Assembly: GCA_963928595.1 (NCBI GenBank)
Contig: CAWVFK010000014.1
Location: 1 to 55,277 of the forward strand
Reading direction: 5' to 3'
Origin: Candidatus Coprosoma sp.
GTDB taxonomy: Bacteria; Bacillota_I; Bacilli_A; RF39; UBA660
DNA length: 55,277 bases
In this document: one piece after another, positions 35,436 to 46,121 of the stretch
Numbering within the stretch: position 1 is the stretch's first letter
Layout: the number at the start of each line of letters is the position of its first letter
Made by a program: the position numbers and the translations under genes
Notes under the pieces: generated by a model
Told to the model about the DNA's origin: nothing
Databases searched by the model: none
Seen by the model: the letters and a program-made list of their open reading frames with translations, nothing else

Positions 35436-36200
35436 TTAGTTTACTTGATGAAAATCTAATCTTAATTTGTCGGCAATTGTCACCATAAATTCGGAGTTAG
35501 TTGGTTTGGCTTTATCGATATCAACACTGTAACCAAATATTTCTTCCATAAAATCTAAGTTTCCCCTATTCCAACTTACTTCGATAGCATGTCTAATAGC
35601 TCTTTCAACTCTAGAGGTTGTAGTATTGAACTTTTGAGCAAGCTCTGGATATAACTCTTTAGTAATTCCACCAATTACTGATGGGTTGTCAAAAATTATA
35701 TTAACAGCTTCTCTGATATATTGATAACCTTTTATATGTGAAGGTATACCTAATTCATGAAGCATTTTAGTAATAGCAACTTGCAAGTTACTAGTATAAA
35801 AGTCGATATTCTTATTATTGTTTTCTTTTTTAGTTATATCGTAAATTCTCTTTTCCAAATCAGATAAATCAAAAGGTTTTAAGATATAGTAACTTACTCC
35901 GAATTCAGATACTTCTCTAATAACTTCAGCAGCATTATAGCTAGTCGCAACGATTACTTTCTTATTAATACCACGTTTTTTCATTTCGTTTAAGACATAG
36001 ATACCGTCTTTATTTGGCATAATTAAATCCAAGATTATTAAGTCTATTTTATCTTTATTTTTAGTTATTTCATTAATTCCTTCTTCGCCATCATGGGCTT
36101 CAAAGGCAATGTTTACATCTTCATTATCTTTAAAATACTCTTTAACCATTTCTATTAGGTTTATATTATCATCAATCATTAAAATATTTATTCTTTCCAT
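35436..36200 (-). CDS. spo0A: Sporulation master regulator Spo0A
   Basis: Receiver domain (LDLIMP) plus ELGIPSHIKGYQY, TTTSRVERAIRHAIEVSW and KPTNSEF. Confidence 0.97.
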   Translation of the reverse strand: MERINILMIDDNINLIEMVKEYFKDNEDVNIAFEAHDGEEGINEITKNKDKIDLIILDLIMPNKDGIYVLNEMKKRGINKKVIVATSYNAAEVIREVSEFGVSYYILKPFDLSDLEKRIYDITKKENNNKNIDFYTSNLQVAITKMLHELGIPSHIKGYQYIREAVNIIFDNPSVIGGITKELYPELAQKFNTTTSRVERAIRHAIEVSWNRGNLDFMEEIFGYSVDIDKAKPTNSEFMVTIADKLRLDFHQVN

Positions 36201-36217
36201 TTTTCATTCCCCTTTAC

Positions 36218-36282
36218 TATATTCAAATTATACAAAAGATTGACACTATTTTCTAGAGTAAAAAATAGCTAGTTTTGTCGAA
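36218..36282. promoter_or_regulatory. spo0A promoter region with a perfect 0A box
   Basis: TGTCGAA at 36276-36282 in the intergenic region; extended -10 TGTATAAT on the minus strand. Confidence 0.65.
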
Positions 36283-36305
36283 TGACTTTTTCAAAAAAAT
36301 AGAAG

Positions 36306-37001
36306 TTACTTTTCAGCAACTTCTATAATTTTCATTAGACTACTTGGATTAGTGGCAGCTTTCCCAATTAGAAAACCATCGATATTTGGTATTTCATTTA
36401 ATGTATTAATATTTTCATCTGATACACTACCACCATATAATACTTTTACATCATAATCAAATAAACTTTTAATATATTTTGTGATACCTTCAATTTCATT
36501 ATTAGTAGGAGTTTTGCCACTACCGATGGCCCATACGGGTTCATAAGAAATTATTACTTCCTCACTAATATCTTTTAAAGCTTTTTCTATTTGACTTTTC
36601 AATATTATTTTAGTTTGGCTTTGATTATAAGCTTCTAGGCTTTCACCAATACACAAAATAACTTTTAAATTATTATTAATGGCTTGTTTTATTTTACGGT
36701 TAATTAGTTCATCATCTTCAGCCATATTTTGTCTAACTTCACTATGACCTAGTAAAACATATTTTATACCCATGTTTTTTAATGAATGAATTGAAACTTC
36801 ACTAGTGTATGGACCCGGATTATGAACTGAGGCGTTTTGAACACCACAAGTAAAATTATTTTGGATGAATTTTTCTAAATAAATTGTAGAAGGAAAAACG
36901 ATGAATTTATCTTTTACTTCTTTTAATTTATTTATATAATCATCAACGCTTTCTTTGGTGCTTTGATACATTTTTAAATTAGCTAAAACAAGTTTACTCA
37001 T
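36306..37001 (-). CDS. tpiA: Triosephosphate isomerase
   Basis: ANLKM, LGHSEVR, YEPVWAIG, LYGGSV. Confidence 0.95.
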   Translation of the reverse strand: MSKLVLANLKMYQSTKESVDDYINKLKEVKDKFIVFPSTIYLEKFIQNNFTCGVQNASVHNPGPYTSEVSIHSLKNMGIKYVLLGHSEVRQNMAEDDELINRKIKQAINNNLKVILCIGESLEAYNQSQTKIILKSQIEKALKDISEEVIISYEPVWAIGSGKTPTNNEIEGITKYIKSLFDYDVKVLYGGSVSDENINTLNEIPNIDGFLIGKAATNPSSLMKIIEVAEK

Positions 37002-38221
37002 GAAAACACCTTCTTAAAGAAATTAGTAATTTTTTCTTTATAGCCTGGTTTACGGTTATTAATAGCTAATTTGTAAACGTCTAAAACTTTTTCAGCAAAG
37101 TATTTAGATGAATGTAATTCCGCACTATTTCGAGCTCCATTTTGAAGGCTGGTTAATAGTTTTTTATCATCCATAATTTTATTAATAATTTCTTTACATG
37201 ATGTTTCATCTTTAAATAAGAATCCATTTAAATCATCAACAACAGTATCTCTAAAGCTTTCATCATCGATGCATAAAGCTGGAAGTGAAGCAGCCATAGC
37301 TTCAATGATTGTTAGACCTTGAGTTTCACTTTGAGAAGCTGAAATAAAAACGGTTCCAAGTTGATAATAGATTGGTATGTCATCCCAAGGAACTTTTCCA
37401 GTGAAGATGATATTTTTTTCACACCCTTTTTCTTTGGACATTTTTTCATAGGCTTCTTTATCTGGTCCATCACCAATAATCAATAGTTTAAAGTTTGATC
37501 TATTTTTAATTAAATCATGGGTTATATTAATTAAAAATGGAATGTTTTTTTCTTCTGCAATGCGTCCGACAAAGACGGCAACAAAATCTCTTTTAGAGAT
37601 ATTATATTGTTTTTTTAATTTAGATATTTTTTTAGGATCAATTTTTTCTTTATAAAATCTTTCGACTTCAATTCCGGTTGGAATGATATGGATATTACGC
37701 TGAACATTATATTTCTTTTTAAATAAGTCATAGGCTTTTTTAGTTGGAACAATAAGTTCATTAATGGTCTTATCACAATAGAATTTAGTCAAATATTCAA
37801 GTAATTTTTTACTAGATTTATCAAAGTGGCCTTTAGTAATATAATGAACATAATCTTCATACATCGTATGGTATGTATGAACTATTGGGATATTATATTG
37901 TTTCGCAAATAATCGTGCAAAGGTTCCGATGGCAAATTCAGTTTGCGAATGAATAACATCTAGATTCCAACTTTTAATTTTATTGATGGCTTTGATTGGA
38001 TAAATACTAGTGAGTCTTGAATCGTATATACCAGTTGGAATGCCTGGGATTCTAAGTACTCGTTCTTTTTCATCATATTCATATTTAGAATTAGTTAAGT
38101 TGGCTGTAACGACATAAACTTCATGGCCTTTGTTTTCTAGAGCTTTCTTTAACATAAGTTCACTAGTGACTAGTCCACTAATATATGGCGTGTATGTCTC
38201 TGTAAATATTCCGATACGCAT
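36998..38221 (-). CDS. GT4 glycosyltransferase (diacylglycerol glucosyltransferase-like)
   Basis: MRIGIFTETYTPYISG, HTYHTMYEDY, SETQGLTIIEAMA. Confidence 0.88.
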   Translation of the reverse strand: MRIGIFTETYTPYISGLVTSELMLKKALENKGHEVYVVTANLTNSKYEYDEKERVLRIPGIPTGIYDSRLTSIYPIKAINKIKSWNLDVIHSQTEFAIGTFARLFAKQYNIPIVHTYHTMYEDYVHYITKGHFDKSSKKLLEYLTKFYCDKTINELIVPTKKAYDLFKKKYNVQRNIHIIPTGIEVERFYKEKIDPKKISKLKKQYNISKRDFVAVFVGRIAEEKNIPFLINITHDLIKNRSNFKLLIIGDGPDKEAYEKMSKEKGCEKNIIFTGKVPWDDIPIYYQLGTVFISASQSETQGLTIIEAMAASLPALCIDDESFRDTVVDDLNGFLFKDETSCKEIINKIMDDKKLLTSLQNGARNSAELHSSKYFAEKVLDVYKLAINNRKPGYKEKITNFFKKVFS

Positions 38222-39219
38222 TATTTTGCCTCCTTGTTAAAGTTTAAAGTAAGTCCACCAACAATGATTCCAAAGTAATATGTAACTAGACGCCAAACAA
38301 TCATAACAATGGAAAGTTCAGGACCAGTTATAAAATTTTTGAAAAAAGCCATAAAGCCAAATTCTAATCCACCAGTTCCACCAGGAATTGGAACCATTGA
38401 GCCAATTAACATGACATAAGCTGATGTGATGATGACAATCAATGGATTTATGTATATACCAAGTCCCATCAATAAAGTAAATGGGATTAGATATTGGCCG
38501 GTTAAGGCAATGAAGTTTAAGAATATTATTCTAAGCATATTAAACTTATCTTTGAACAAAATGATGGCACTACGATGAAAGCTGTGAATGAATTTTTCTG
38601 ATTTTTTTAATTTTTCTTCTTTATTTTTGATGATTTTTAATTTTGCTAGAAAAGAGATAGAACCGTCAATTATTTTTTTATTCCATTTTTTACTAAAAGC
38701 TACTAAGAATAAGACGATTACTACGACGGTATTGATAATAAAACCGATTGTAACTAGCTTTTTTAAAAATGAATCACTTGGAAAAATATGAAATATATAA
38801 TTAGAAATTATAGCAATGCCACCTAACAAAACTAAAGCAATTTGGTAAGCAATAAAATCTTGAATAACAGCATTGGTGGCTTCCCCTAACGAAAGCCCAT
38901 CTTTTTTTAACTTATATATCTGCCAAGGCTGACCACCGGACGCAAAAGGAGTTATGGCATGGAAAAATTGGGTGGTTACCATAAGCAGGATTCCTTTTTT
39001 TTCGGTATAATCTTTGTTTACTTTAGATGCACAGTAATATAAAACTAAGCCTTTTAAAAACCAATAAGCTAAGATTAATAAAAATGCGAGTATTAACCAT
39101 TTAATATCAAATGATAGCAAGTATTTTACTTTTTCAGCAAAATTATCTTTTAGAGCAAAATATAAAATTATGGCGGTGATAACAAAAATAATTATAAAAT
39201 TTCGTTTATTATTTTTCAT
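38221..39219 (-). CDS. Lysylphosphatidylglycerol synthase TM / flippase-like membrane protein (UPF0104)
   Basis: ITPFASGGQP, PIPGGTGGLE, VWRLVTYY; about 8 TM helices. Confidence 0.88.
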   Translation of the reverse strand: MKNNKRNFIIIFVITAIILYFALKDNFAEKVKYLLSFDIKWLILAFLLILAYWFLKGLVLYYCASKVNKDYTEKKGILLMVTTQFFHAITPFASGGQPWQIYKLKKDGLSLGEATNAVIQDFIAYQIALVLLGGIAIISNYIFHIFPSDSFLKKLVTIGFIINTVVVIVLFLVAFSKKWNKKIIDGSISFLAKLKIIKNKEEKLKKSEKFIHSFHRSAIILFKDKFNMLRIIFLNFIALTGQYLIPFTLLMGLGIYINPLIVIITSAYVMLIGSMVPIPGGTGGLEFGFMAFFKNFITGPELSIVMIVWRLVTYYFGIIVGGLTLNFNKEAK

Positions 39220-40393
39220 CTATTATGTCTAAAGCTGGCAAGCTTACTTCTTCTAAAAATGCGAGACTTGCTCCACCACCGGTTGAAATATGACTGATTT
39301 TATCTTGATAATTAAAGGTTACTGCGGCTCTTGCAGTATCGCCTCCACCAACTAAGGTATAGGCTTTAGTACTCGTAATTATATTTAATAATTCTTTGGT
39401 ACCATTTGAAAATTCTTTAATTTCAAAACGACCAACGGGTCCATTCCAAAAGATTGTTTTGCAGTCATCTAGATATTGTTTAAAAACTTCAATAGTTTTT
39501 GGACCAATATCTAAGCCCATTTCATCTTCTTCAATTTCGTTAATAAATCTTTCATGTGTTTGAACATTTTCTTTCATTTCAGTCCCTGTAATAACATCGA
39601 TGGGCAAGATTAATTTATCTTGATATTTATCTAACATTTCTTTACAGAATGATAGTTTTTCTTTTTCACATATGGAACTACCAATATTAAAGCCGGCAGC
39701 TTTTAAGAAGGTAAAAGCCATGCCTCCCCCGATTAAAATATAATCAGCTTTAGTGATTAAATTACTGATTACACCAATTTTATCACTAACTTTCGCACCA
39801 CCTAAAATAATCGTATATGGTTTTTTTGGGTTATGAGTTAGTTTTTGTAATTTTTGTATTTCTGTTTCGACAAGGAAACCAATACCGTTTGGGAGATTAC
39901 TGGCAATGCCTAAATTAGAGGCATGTGACCTATGAATTGTTCCAAAGGCATCGTTGATAAAAATATCACCTAAACTGGCCCAATATTTTCCTAATTCCTT
40001 ATCATTACCACTTTCTTTTTTACCATCTAAATCTTCGAATCTCGTGTTTTCAATTAAGATAACATCTCTATCTTTCATGGTATTAATAGCGTTTTCTAAT
40101 TCTTCTCCCCTAGTTTGAGCAATAAATTTTACTTTTTTTCTTAGAAGGGTTCCTAATCTTTCAGCCACAGGTTTTAAAGTATATTTTTGTTTATCTTCTT
40201 CATTTTTTACTCTTCCTAAATGAGATAACAAAATAACTTTGGCATTATTACGTCTAGCATATCTAATAGTTTTTAAACTAGCTTTTAATCTACTTTCATC
40301 TTTGATAATTCCATTTTCGATTGGAACATTAAAGTCACATCTAATAATTACTTTTTTACCACTTAAATCATAATCTTTGATAGTCTTTTTCAT
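39209..40393 (-). CDS. pgk: Phosphoglycerate kinase
   Basis: RCDFNVP, SHLGR, NDAFGTIHR, GGAKVSDK, STGGGASL. Confidence 0.97.
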   Translation of the reverse strand: MKKTIKDYDLSGKKVIIRCDFNVPIENGIIKDESRLKASLKTIRYARRNNAKVILLSHLGRVKNEEDKQKYTLKPVAERLGTLLRKKVKFIAQTRGEELENAINTMKDRDVILIENTRFEDLDGKKESGNDKELGKYWASLGDIFINDAFGTIHRSHASNLGIASNLPNGIGFLVETEIQKLQKLTHNPKKPYTIILGGAKVSDKIGVISNLITKADYILIGGGMAFTFLKAAGFNIGSSICEKEKLSFCKEMLDKYQDKLILPIDVITGTEMKENVQTHERFINEIEEDEMGLDIGPKTIEVFKQYLDDCKTIFWNGPVGRFEIKEFSNGTKELLNIITSTKAYTLVGGGDTARAAVTFNYQDKISHISTGGGASLAFLEEVSLPALDIIDEK

Positions 40394-40404
40394 ATATTTT
40401 CCTC

Positions 40405-40782
40405 CTATGGGGCAACATAAGTATATACAAGTGTGCCACTTTGATTTTTGACTGTTACGCTACTTGCTTCATTTATTAGCTGAACATCAGTTTTTGGATT
40501 TCTTAAAGTACCTTGAATAACACCACTAGCAACTAAATCTTCAGTATTAATAGTTACGGTGGTACCTGGTGTAGATTTTAAGGTTGCATATCTATCTGGG
40601 TGTATTTCAATATATATTTCAGTAGCATTTTCAATATTTTGAGTATACTGCTCATAATTGCTTTCTTGTGATCTTTTATTTGTCGATACAATGCTTGGAA
40701 CAGAAACCAAAACGATAGCGCCTAATATAGCTAATATAGCTAGAAGTTCGACTAGTGTAAACCCATTTTTCATTCTTATCAC
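40405..40782 (-). CDS. Type IV pilin-like protein (ComGC-like)
   Basis: KNG|FTLVELLAIL; TEDLVASGVI; short globular domain. Confidence 0.85.
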   Translation of the reverse strand: MIRMKNGFTLVELLAILAILGAIVLVSVPSIVSTNKRSQESNYEQYTQNIENATEIYIEIHPDRYATLKSTPGTTVTINTEDLVASGVIQGTLRNPKTDVQLINEASSVTVKNQSGTLVYTYVAP

Positions 40783-40918
40783 CTATCTTTTATTTTATAC
40801 TATTTTTTTAATAATAACAAGTTTATTTTAGGGTTTCCTAGCTTATATTAATTACTATTTACATTAATATGATTTTTATTTAAAAAATCTCATTTCACAC
40901 AGTAAATGAGATTTCTAC

Positions 40919-41731
40919 TTATTGATTATTAGTTTGATTATTTTGAGTGGCATCACTATTTTGAGTAGTATCATCTAATTGATTATCATTTGATTGACTA
41001 GTTTGCGGTTCTTCGTTTTTAGAAACAGTTATAGTAACAGTTTCAGTATTTTCAATTTTTTTATTAGCTCTAACACTTTGATCTAAAACAATATTGTTTT
41101 CTTCGTTTGAAGTTTCATAGACTATTTCATATTTGACATTGTTTTCGTTTAAAAGATCTAAAGCTTCATCTAAGGTTAATCCTTCAACATCCGGAACGGT
41201 TACTCTAGTATCTAAGACACCAACAGTTAATTTGATAACGGTATTTTCCATAACTTTAGAACCACTTTTTTTATTTTGTTCAATGACAACACCAACTTCA
41301 TCTTCATCGGTAACAGTCTTTTCGACTCTTTCAGCTTGCAAGTTTGATTCACCTAAGACTCTTTCAGCTTGTTCATATGTATAACCTTCAACATCTGGAA
41401 CGACGATATTACTATTTTGATAGATATAATAGCCTAAGAAACCAGCAGCACCTAAGGCACATATACTTAGCAATATAAAGAAGAACATCATAAATGATTG
41501 AAAAAAACTCATCTTTCCTTTTTGTTTACCATTATCACGATCTTTATATTTAACTTTTGTTTTATTTTTGATTTTACTTTTTTTCGTTTTGGTTTTTCCA
41601 CGTTTTTGTTTTACTTTTTTATCTTCTTTTTGATTATAGTTTTCTGGCTCTTCATCTAGTGGAAAACCACATTTTTTACAGAATAATGAATCTTCATCAT
41701 TTTCGATTCCACATTTTGGACAGTAACGCAT
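40919..41731 (-). CDS. Zinc-ribbon / TM / tandem PASTA domain protein
   Basis: CPKC-x10-CKKC, Lys-rich linker, TM helix, two VPDVEG PASTA repeats, Q/N-rich tail. Confidence 0.85.
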   Translation of the reverse strand: MRYCPKCGIENDEDSLFCKKCGFPLDEEPENYNQKEDKKVKQKRGKTKTKKSKIKNKTKVKYKDRDNGKQKGKMSFFQSFMMFFFILLSICALGAAGFLGYYIYQNSNIVVPDVEGYTYEQAERVLGESNLQAERVEKTVTDEDEVGVVIEQNKKSGSKVMENTVIKLTVGVLDTRVTVPDVEGLTLDEALDLLNENNVKYEIVYETSNEENNIVLDQSVRANKKIENTETVTITVSKNEEPQTSQSNDNQLDDTTQNSDATQNNQTNNQ

Positions 41732-41792
41732 AATATCACCTCACAGTAATATTATAACCTTTTTATATTTTTTTACAAATTAGAAAAAACTA

Positions 41793-42803
41793 CTAAATAT
41801 TATCTTTAAATAAATATTTAGCAGTTCTAACCATTTGAGATGAATAACTCATTTCGTTATCATACCAAGCAACAACTTTAACTAAATCACCAGTTTCAGT
41901 TTCTAAAACATCAGTTAATAAGCCATCGACAATAGCGCCGTGGGTTTCACCGATAACATCACTTGAAACGATTGGATCTATAGTATAACCTAAGGTTTCA
42001 TTTTGATTTTGTTTAAATACTTCATTAATTTCTTCTTTGGTTACTTTTTTATCTAGCTCTAAAGTTAAATCGACAACTGAACCAGTAGTTACTGGAACTC
42101 TAATAGCACTTCCATCTAATTTTCCATTTAAAGAAGGAATGACTTTACCTAACGCACTAGCAGCACCAGTAGATGTTGGAATCATATTAGCAGCAGCGGC
42201 TCTACCCCTTCTTGATTTAGCACCTTTTTTATGAGGTACATCTAATACTGTTTGGTCATTAGTATAGGCATGAACAGTAGTCATATAACCTTTTTTAATA
42301 CCAAAGGCATTATTTAAAATATTAGCAACGGGCGCTAGACAGTTAGTAGTACAAGATGCAGCACTTATAACTTCTTCAGTACCATCTAAAGTATTCTCAT
42401 TAACTCCATAGACAATAGTTTTTAAATCACCTTTAGCAGGCGCTGATATGATAACTTTTTTGGCTCCAGCATTAATATGAGCCATAGCTTTATCTTTACT
42501 AGTAAATTTACCGGTACATTCGAAAACAGCGTCGATATCTAAGTCTTTCCAAGGTAAATTACTTGGATCCATTTCGGCATAAATTTTGATTTTTCTTCCT
42601 TTAACAATTATACCATCTTCATCATAAGTGATTTCATTTGGAAGATATCTTCTATGAGAAGTATCATATTTAAGTAAATAAGCAAGTTGTTCTGGGTCAG
42701 TTAAATCATTGATGGCAACAACTTCCATCTCTGGATCTTCTTCCATAATTCTAAATACTAAACGGCCAATACGGCCAAATCCATTAATTGCAACTCTTAT
42801 CAT
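41793..42803 (-). CDS. gap: Glyceraldehyde-3-phosphate dehydrogenase, type I
   Basis: [22 protein letters not shown]. Confidence 0.98.
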   Translation of the reverse strand: MIRVAINGFGRIGRLVFRIMEEDPEMEVVAINDLTDPEQLAYLLKYDTSHRRYLPNEITYDEDGIIVKGRKIKIYAEMDPSNLPWKDLDIDAVFECTGKFTSKDKAMAHINAGAKKVIISAPAKGDLKTIVYGVNENTLDGTEEVISAASCTTNCLAPVANILNNAFGIKKGYMTTVHAYTNDQTVLDVPHKKGAKSRRGRAAAANMIPTSTGAASALGKVIPSLNGKLDGSAIRVPVTTGSVVDLTLELDKKVTKEEINEVFKQNQNETLGYTIDPIVSSDVIGETHGAIVDGLLTDVLETETGDLVKVVAWYDNEMSYSSQMVRTAKYLFKDNI

Positions 42804-42821
42804 TTTATCAAATCCTTTCTT

Positions 42822-44483
42822 TTATTCTTCAAAAACACTTCCACCAATAAATTCTCTTAAGATAGAATCTTTGGGAACTACTTCACTAGTGATTGGTAAG
42901 AAGTTTCGAAGAAGATTAATTAGTCTAATAGCTTCTGGATACTGAGCACTATTACTGTCAATTCCATATAGTAATGGTTCAGCATATATTCTCAAAACAC
43001 TTAGCTCATAACCTAATGATGAGTTTATCATAGCATCAGCATCATCTTGATATGGATAAATACTGAGTCTTGCTTCTTTATCGACATTTGGCCACATAGC
43101 TAAAGTGGTTTCAGCGTTAGTTCCTCTAAACTGATTATCTCTAACAATTCTTCTAATTTTTCTAACATCAGTTGTATGAACCCTATTATGATTATCCAAT
43201 TTTAAATGAATAAGTGGGCTCATAAAAATTTTAAATTTATTTTCTCTTGGAATATTTTTAGTTAATTTTTCATTTAAGGTATGAATACCTTCGATAATCA
43301 AGATTTCCCCTTCTTCTAATTTTAGATAATTATCATTATATTCTTTTTTTCCGGTAATAAAATCAAAGGTTGGCATGGAAACTTTATGTCCAGATAATAA
43401 TTTATTTAAATTATTATTAAACAAGGTTGTATCAATTGATTCAATACTTGAGAAATCTAAGTCCCCATTCTCATCTCTTGGAGCTTTATCACGGTCGACA
43501 AAATAGTCATCTAGGGATATTTTATGGCATTTGATACCTTTTACTTGTAAGTATAATGATAACTTTTTAGCGGTTGTCGTTTTACCACTTGAGGATGGAC
43601 CCGCTAATAAGATTATCTTTATTTGATCTTTTTTCTTATAGATTTCTTCAGCGATTAAAGATAATTGATCTTCATAATGCGTTTCAAATAATCTGAGCAT
43701 ATCTGTATACTTTCCTTCAGTACATATTTTATTTAACTCAGGAGCAGTACTGATACCAATTGTTCGACCCCAATTTTGAAAGCTTTTATAAGTATCAAAG
43801 GTTAATTTATGATGAATATATTTATCGACTTGATTAGGATTTTCAGTACTGGGATAAGTTAAAATAAAACTATTATCTTTTAAATATATCATATCAAATT
43901 TATCTAAAAGTCCCGTATTATAAACTAATGGCCCATAGAAATAATCATATATACCATCTAAGGAATATAAGGTAACTGTACGATTAGTCATGTATTTAAA
44001 ACTTTCAACTTTATCCATTTGATGATGTTTTTTAAAGTATTTAATAGCATCAAATCTATCAACAAGCATTTCTTTAAAAGTAAATTTTTTTTCAACCATT
44101 TTCTGCATTTGTTCTTTTATTTTATCAGCGGTTACTTTAGTAATTCTTTGACCGATAATTTCACAATAAATACCATTTTCTAAGGAATAGTTTATCAAGA
44201 TATCCATTTCATCACCTAAGACTTTTTTAGTAGCAACAGTAACTAAAAACTCTAAACTTCTCGAATATATACGATTACCAATAGAAGTACTTAAATCATA
44301 AAATTCAACTCTTTCATTACTAGTTACTTTGGTATTCAAACCCACTAAAAATTCACCAAGTCTGGCTCCGACTATTGGATATTTAAATTCATCTTTAACT
44401 TTTTTAGAGACTTCATATAAAGTAGTATCTTCTGGTATTTCTTCTAAGTAAGTATTTTTATATTTTAATTTGAGATTTTGCAT
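42822..44483 (-). CDS. Nucleoside (uridine) kinase family protein with N-terminal TGS / ThrRS-like domains
   Basis: LAGPSSSGKTT, ISLDDYF, IIEGIH, RRIVRD; start at ATG 44483 behind GGAGG. Confidence 0.85.
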   Translation of the reverse strand: MQNLKLKYKNTYLEEIPEDTTLYEVSKKVKDEFKYPIVGARLGEFLVGLNTKVTSNERVEFYDLSTSIGNRIYSRSLEFLVTVATKKVLGDEMDILINYSLENGIYCEIIGQRITKVTADKIKEQMQKMVEKKFTFKEMLVDRFDAIKYFKKHHQMDKVESFKYMTNRTVTLYSLDGIYDYFYGPLVYNTGLLDKFDMIYLKDNSFILTYPSTENPNQVDKYIHHKLTFDTYKSFQNWGRTIGISTAPELNKICTEGKYTDMLRLFETHYEDQLSLIAEEIYKKKDQIKIILLAGPSSSGKTTTAKKLSLYLQVKGIKCHKISLDDYFVDRDKAPRDENGDLDFSSIESIDTTLFNNNLNKLLSGHKVSMPTFDFITGKKEYNDNYLKLEEGEILIIEGIHTLNEKLTKNIPRENKFKIFMSPLIHLKLDNHNRVHTTDVRKIRRIVRDNQFRGTNAETTLAMWPNVDKEARLSIYPYQDDADAMINSSLGYELSVLRIYAEPLLYGIDSNSAQYPEAIRLINLLRNFLPITSEVVPKDSILREFIGGSVFEE

Positions 44484-44598
44484 AGCCGGCCTCCTTATTT
44501 TTCTATATTTTAGCTTAACACAAATATAATATTTTGTCATGTTTTTTGATGAATAATATTTATTCTTTACACCTATTATAGTTATAGGGAGGGATTTT

Positions 44599-45174
44599 AT
44601 GAACTTAATTCCAAGTGTGGTTGAAAAAAGCAGTGAAGGTGAACGAGCTTATGATATATACTCTCGTCTATTAAAAGATAGAATTATTATTTTGAGTGGT
44701 GAGATAGATGACAATTTAGCTAATTCGATTGTCGCCCAACTTCTCTATTTAGATTCGTTAAATCACGATCCAATTAATTTATACATCAATTCTCCAGGTG
44801 GTAGTATTACAGCTGGTATGGCAATTTACGATACGATGAATTATATTAAAAGCAAAGTTTCAACAATATGTATTGGAATGGCTGCGAGTATGGCTGCATT
44901 TTTACTATCTTCTGGAGAAAAAGGTATGAGATTTATTTTACCTAATGGTGAAGTAATGATTCATCAACCTTTAGGAGGAGCACAGGGACAGGCAACGGAA
45001 ATTAAGATTGCGGCTGAGAGAATTTTAAAGTTAAAAGAAAAATTAAATAAAATTTTAAGTAAAAATACTGGACAAAGTTTAGAAAAGATCAGCAATGATA
45101 CAGAAAGAGATTATTTTTTATCAGCTGATGAAGCATTAGAATATGGGTTGATCGATAAGGTATTAAAAAATTAA
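44599..45174 (+). CDS. clpP: ATP-dependent Clp protease proteolytic subunit
   Basis: [37 protein letters not shown]. Confidence 0.97.
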   Translation: MNLIPSVVEKSSEGERAYDIYSRLLKDRIIILSGEIDDNLANSIVAQLLYLDSLNHDPINLYINSPGGSITAGMAIYDTMNYIKSKVSTICIGMAASMAAFLLSSGEKGMRFILPNGEVMIHQPLGGAQGQATEIKIAAERILKLKEKLNKILSKNTGQSLEKISNDTERDYFLSADEALEYGLIDKVLKN

Positions 45175-45191
45175 GCTTCTTTTATAGAAGC

Positions 45192-45704
45192 TTAATTATT
45201 TTGAACATAGTCTAAGGCAACTTCAAGAGTACTGTTTAAATCGGCTGGTTGTGATGTAACATCTGGATTATATGTTACGGTAACATCAAAAGTGGCAGTT
45301 GAATGTTCACCTAAAACATCGTTTTCATTAATTCCGGTTGTTTGAAATAATATTGCTGGGTTATTTTCATCACTGATAGTCATGTCATCCAATCTAGCTG
45401 ATATATCACCTTCGTTAGCAACAGTAACAGTATATGTCATACTATCTCCTGGACTTACTAAATTAGTTTTAAATGTTGCCGTGGTATTACTAGTGACTGT
45501 TGGTTCATCAGCTTTGGTGGCACTTCCAGTAAATGATTTTACCTGTATATCAGTAATTCTAATATCCCAGGTACTTGTAATTTTTGAAGATCCAGTAATA
45601 GTTAAATCTGTAGCAAAACTCGCATAACCAATAGCCATAAATAAGACTATTAGACATAAACCTATAATCATCCAGCTTTTTTGTGTTCTATTCATTTTCT
45701 TCAT
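45192..45704 (-). CDS. SipW-type signal peptide, TasA/CalY-like secreted protein (dispersed paralog)
   Basis: GYASFATDLTITGSSKI; TFKTNLVSPGDSMTYTVTVANEG nearly matches the 4538..5041 product; ends YVQNN. Confidence 0.75.
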   Translation of the reverse strand: MKKMNRTQKSWMIIGLCLIVLFMAIGYASFATDLTITGSSKITSTWDIRITDIQVKSFTGSATKADEPTVTSNTTATFKTNLVSPGDSMTYTVTVANEGDISARLDDMTISDENNPAILFQTTGINENDVLGEHSTATFDVTVTYNPDVTSQPADLNSTLEVALDYVQNN

Positions 45705-45842
45705 TCATCTTCCCCTACCTTTAATATAATTATAAAGGTTTCTGAAAATAAAGTCAATTGCGTTTTTTGTATAACTATTTTTATAAATAAAATGAAAAAA
45801 GACAGTGTAAATTAACTGTCTCTATATATTCCTCAGGCTTAA

Positions 45843-46046
45843 TTATTTAGTATAGTTAGAACCTGAAATTTGTTGTTGACCCATTTGTACAAGTCTTTTA
45901 GTAATTTCTCCACCTACTGAACCATTAGCTCTACTAGTAGCATCTGGTCCCATTTTAACGCCTAATTCATTAGCAATTTCGTATTTCATTTGTTCGATTG
46001 CTTGTTTAGCGCCAGGAACTACTAAACGATTACTATTATTAGTCAT
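45843..46046 (-). CDS. Alpha/beta-type small acid-soluble spore protein
   Basis: [15 protein letters not shown]...[20 protein letters not shown] signature; follows thiI like Bacillus sspA. Confidence 0.95.
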   Translation of the reverse strand: MTNNSNRLVVPGAKQAIEQMKYEIANELGVKMGPDATSRANGSVGGEITKRLVQMGQQQISGSNYTK

Positions 46047-46069
46047 ACATTTCACCTCCTGTACATTTA

Positions 46070-46099
46070 TATATTGTGTACATTTGGAGATTTAATGCA
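46070..46099 (-). promoter_or_regulatory. Putative sigma-G promoter of the SASP gene
   Basis: TGCATT-17-CAATATA resembles the sigma-G consensus. Confidence 0.55.
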
Positions 46100-46121
46100 T
46101 TTTTTTTATTGGTAAATTTTA

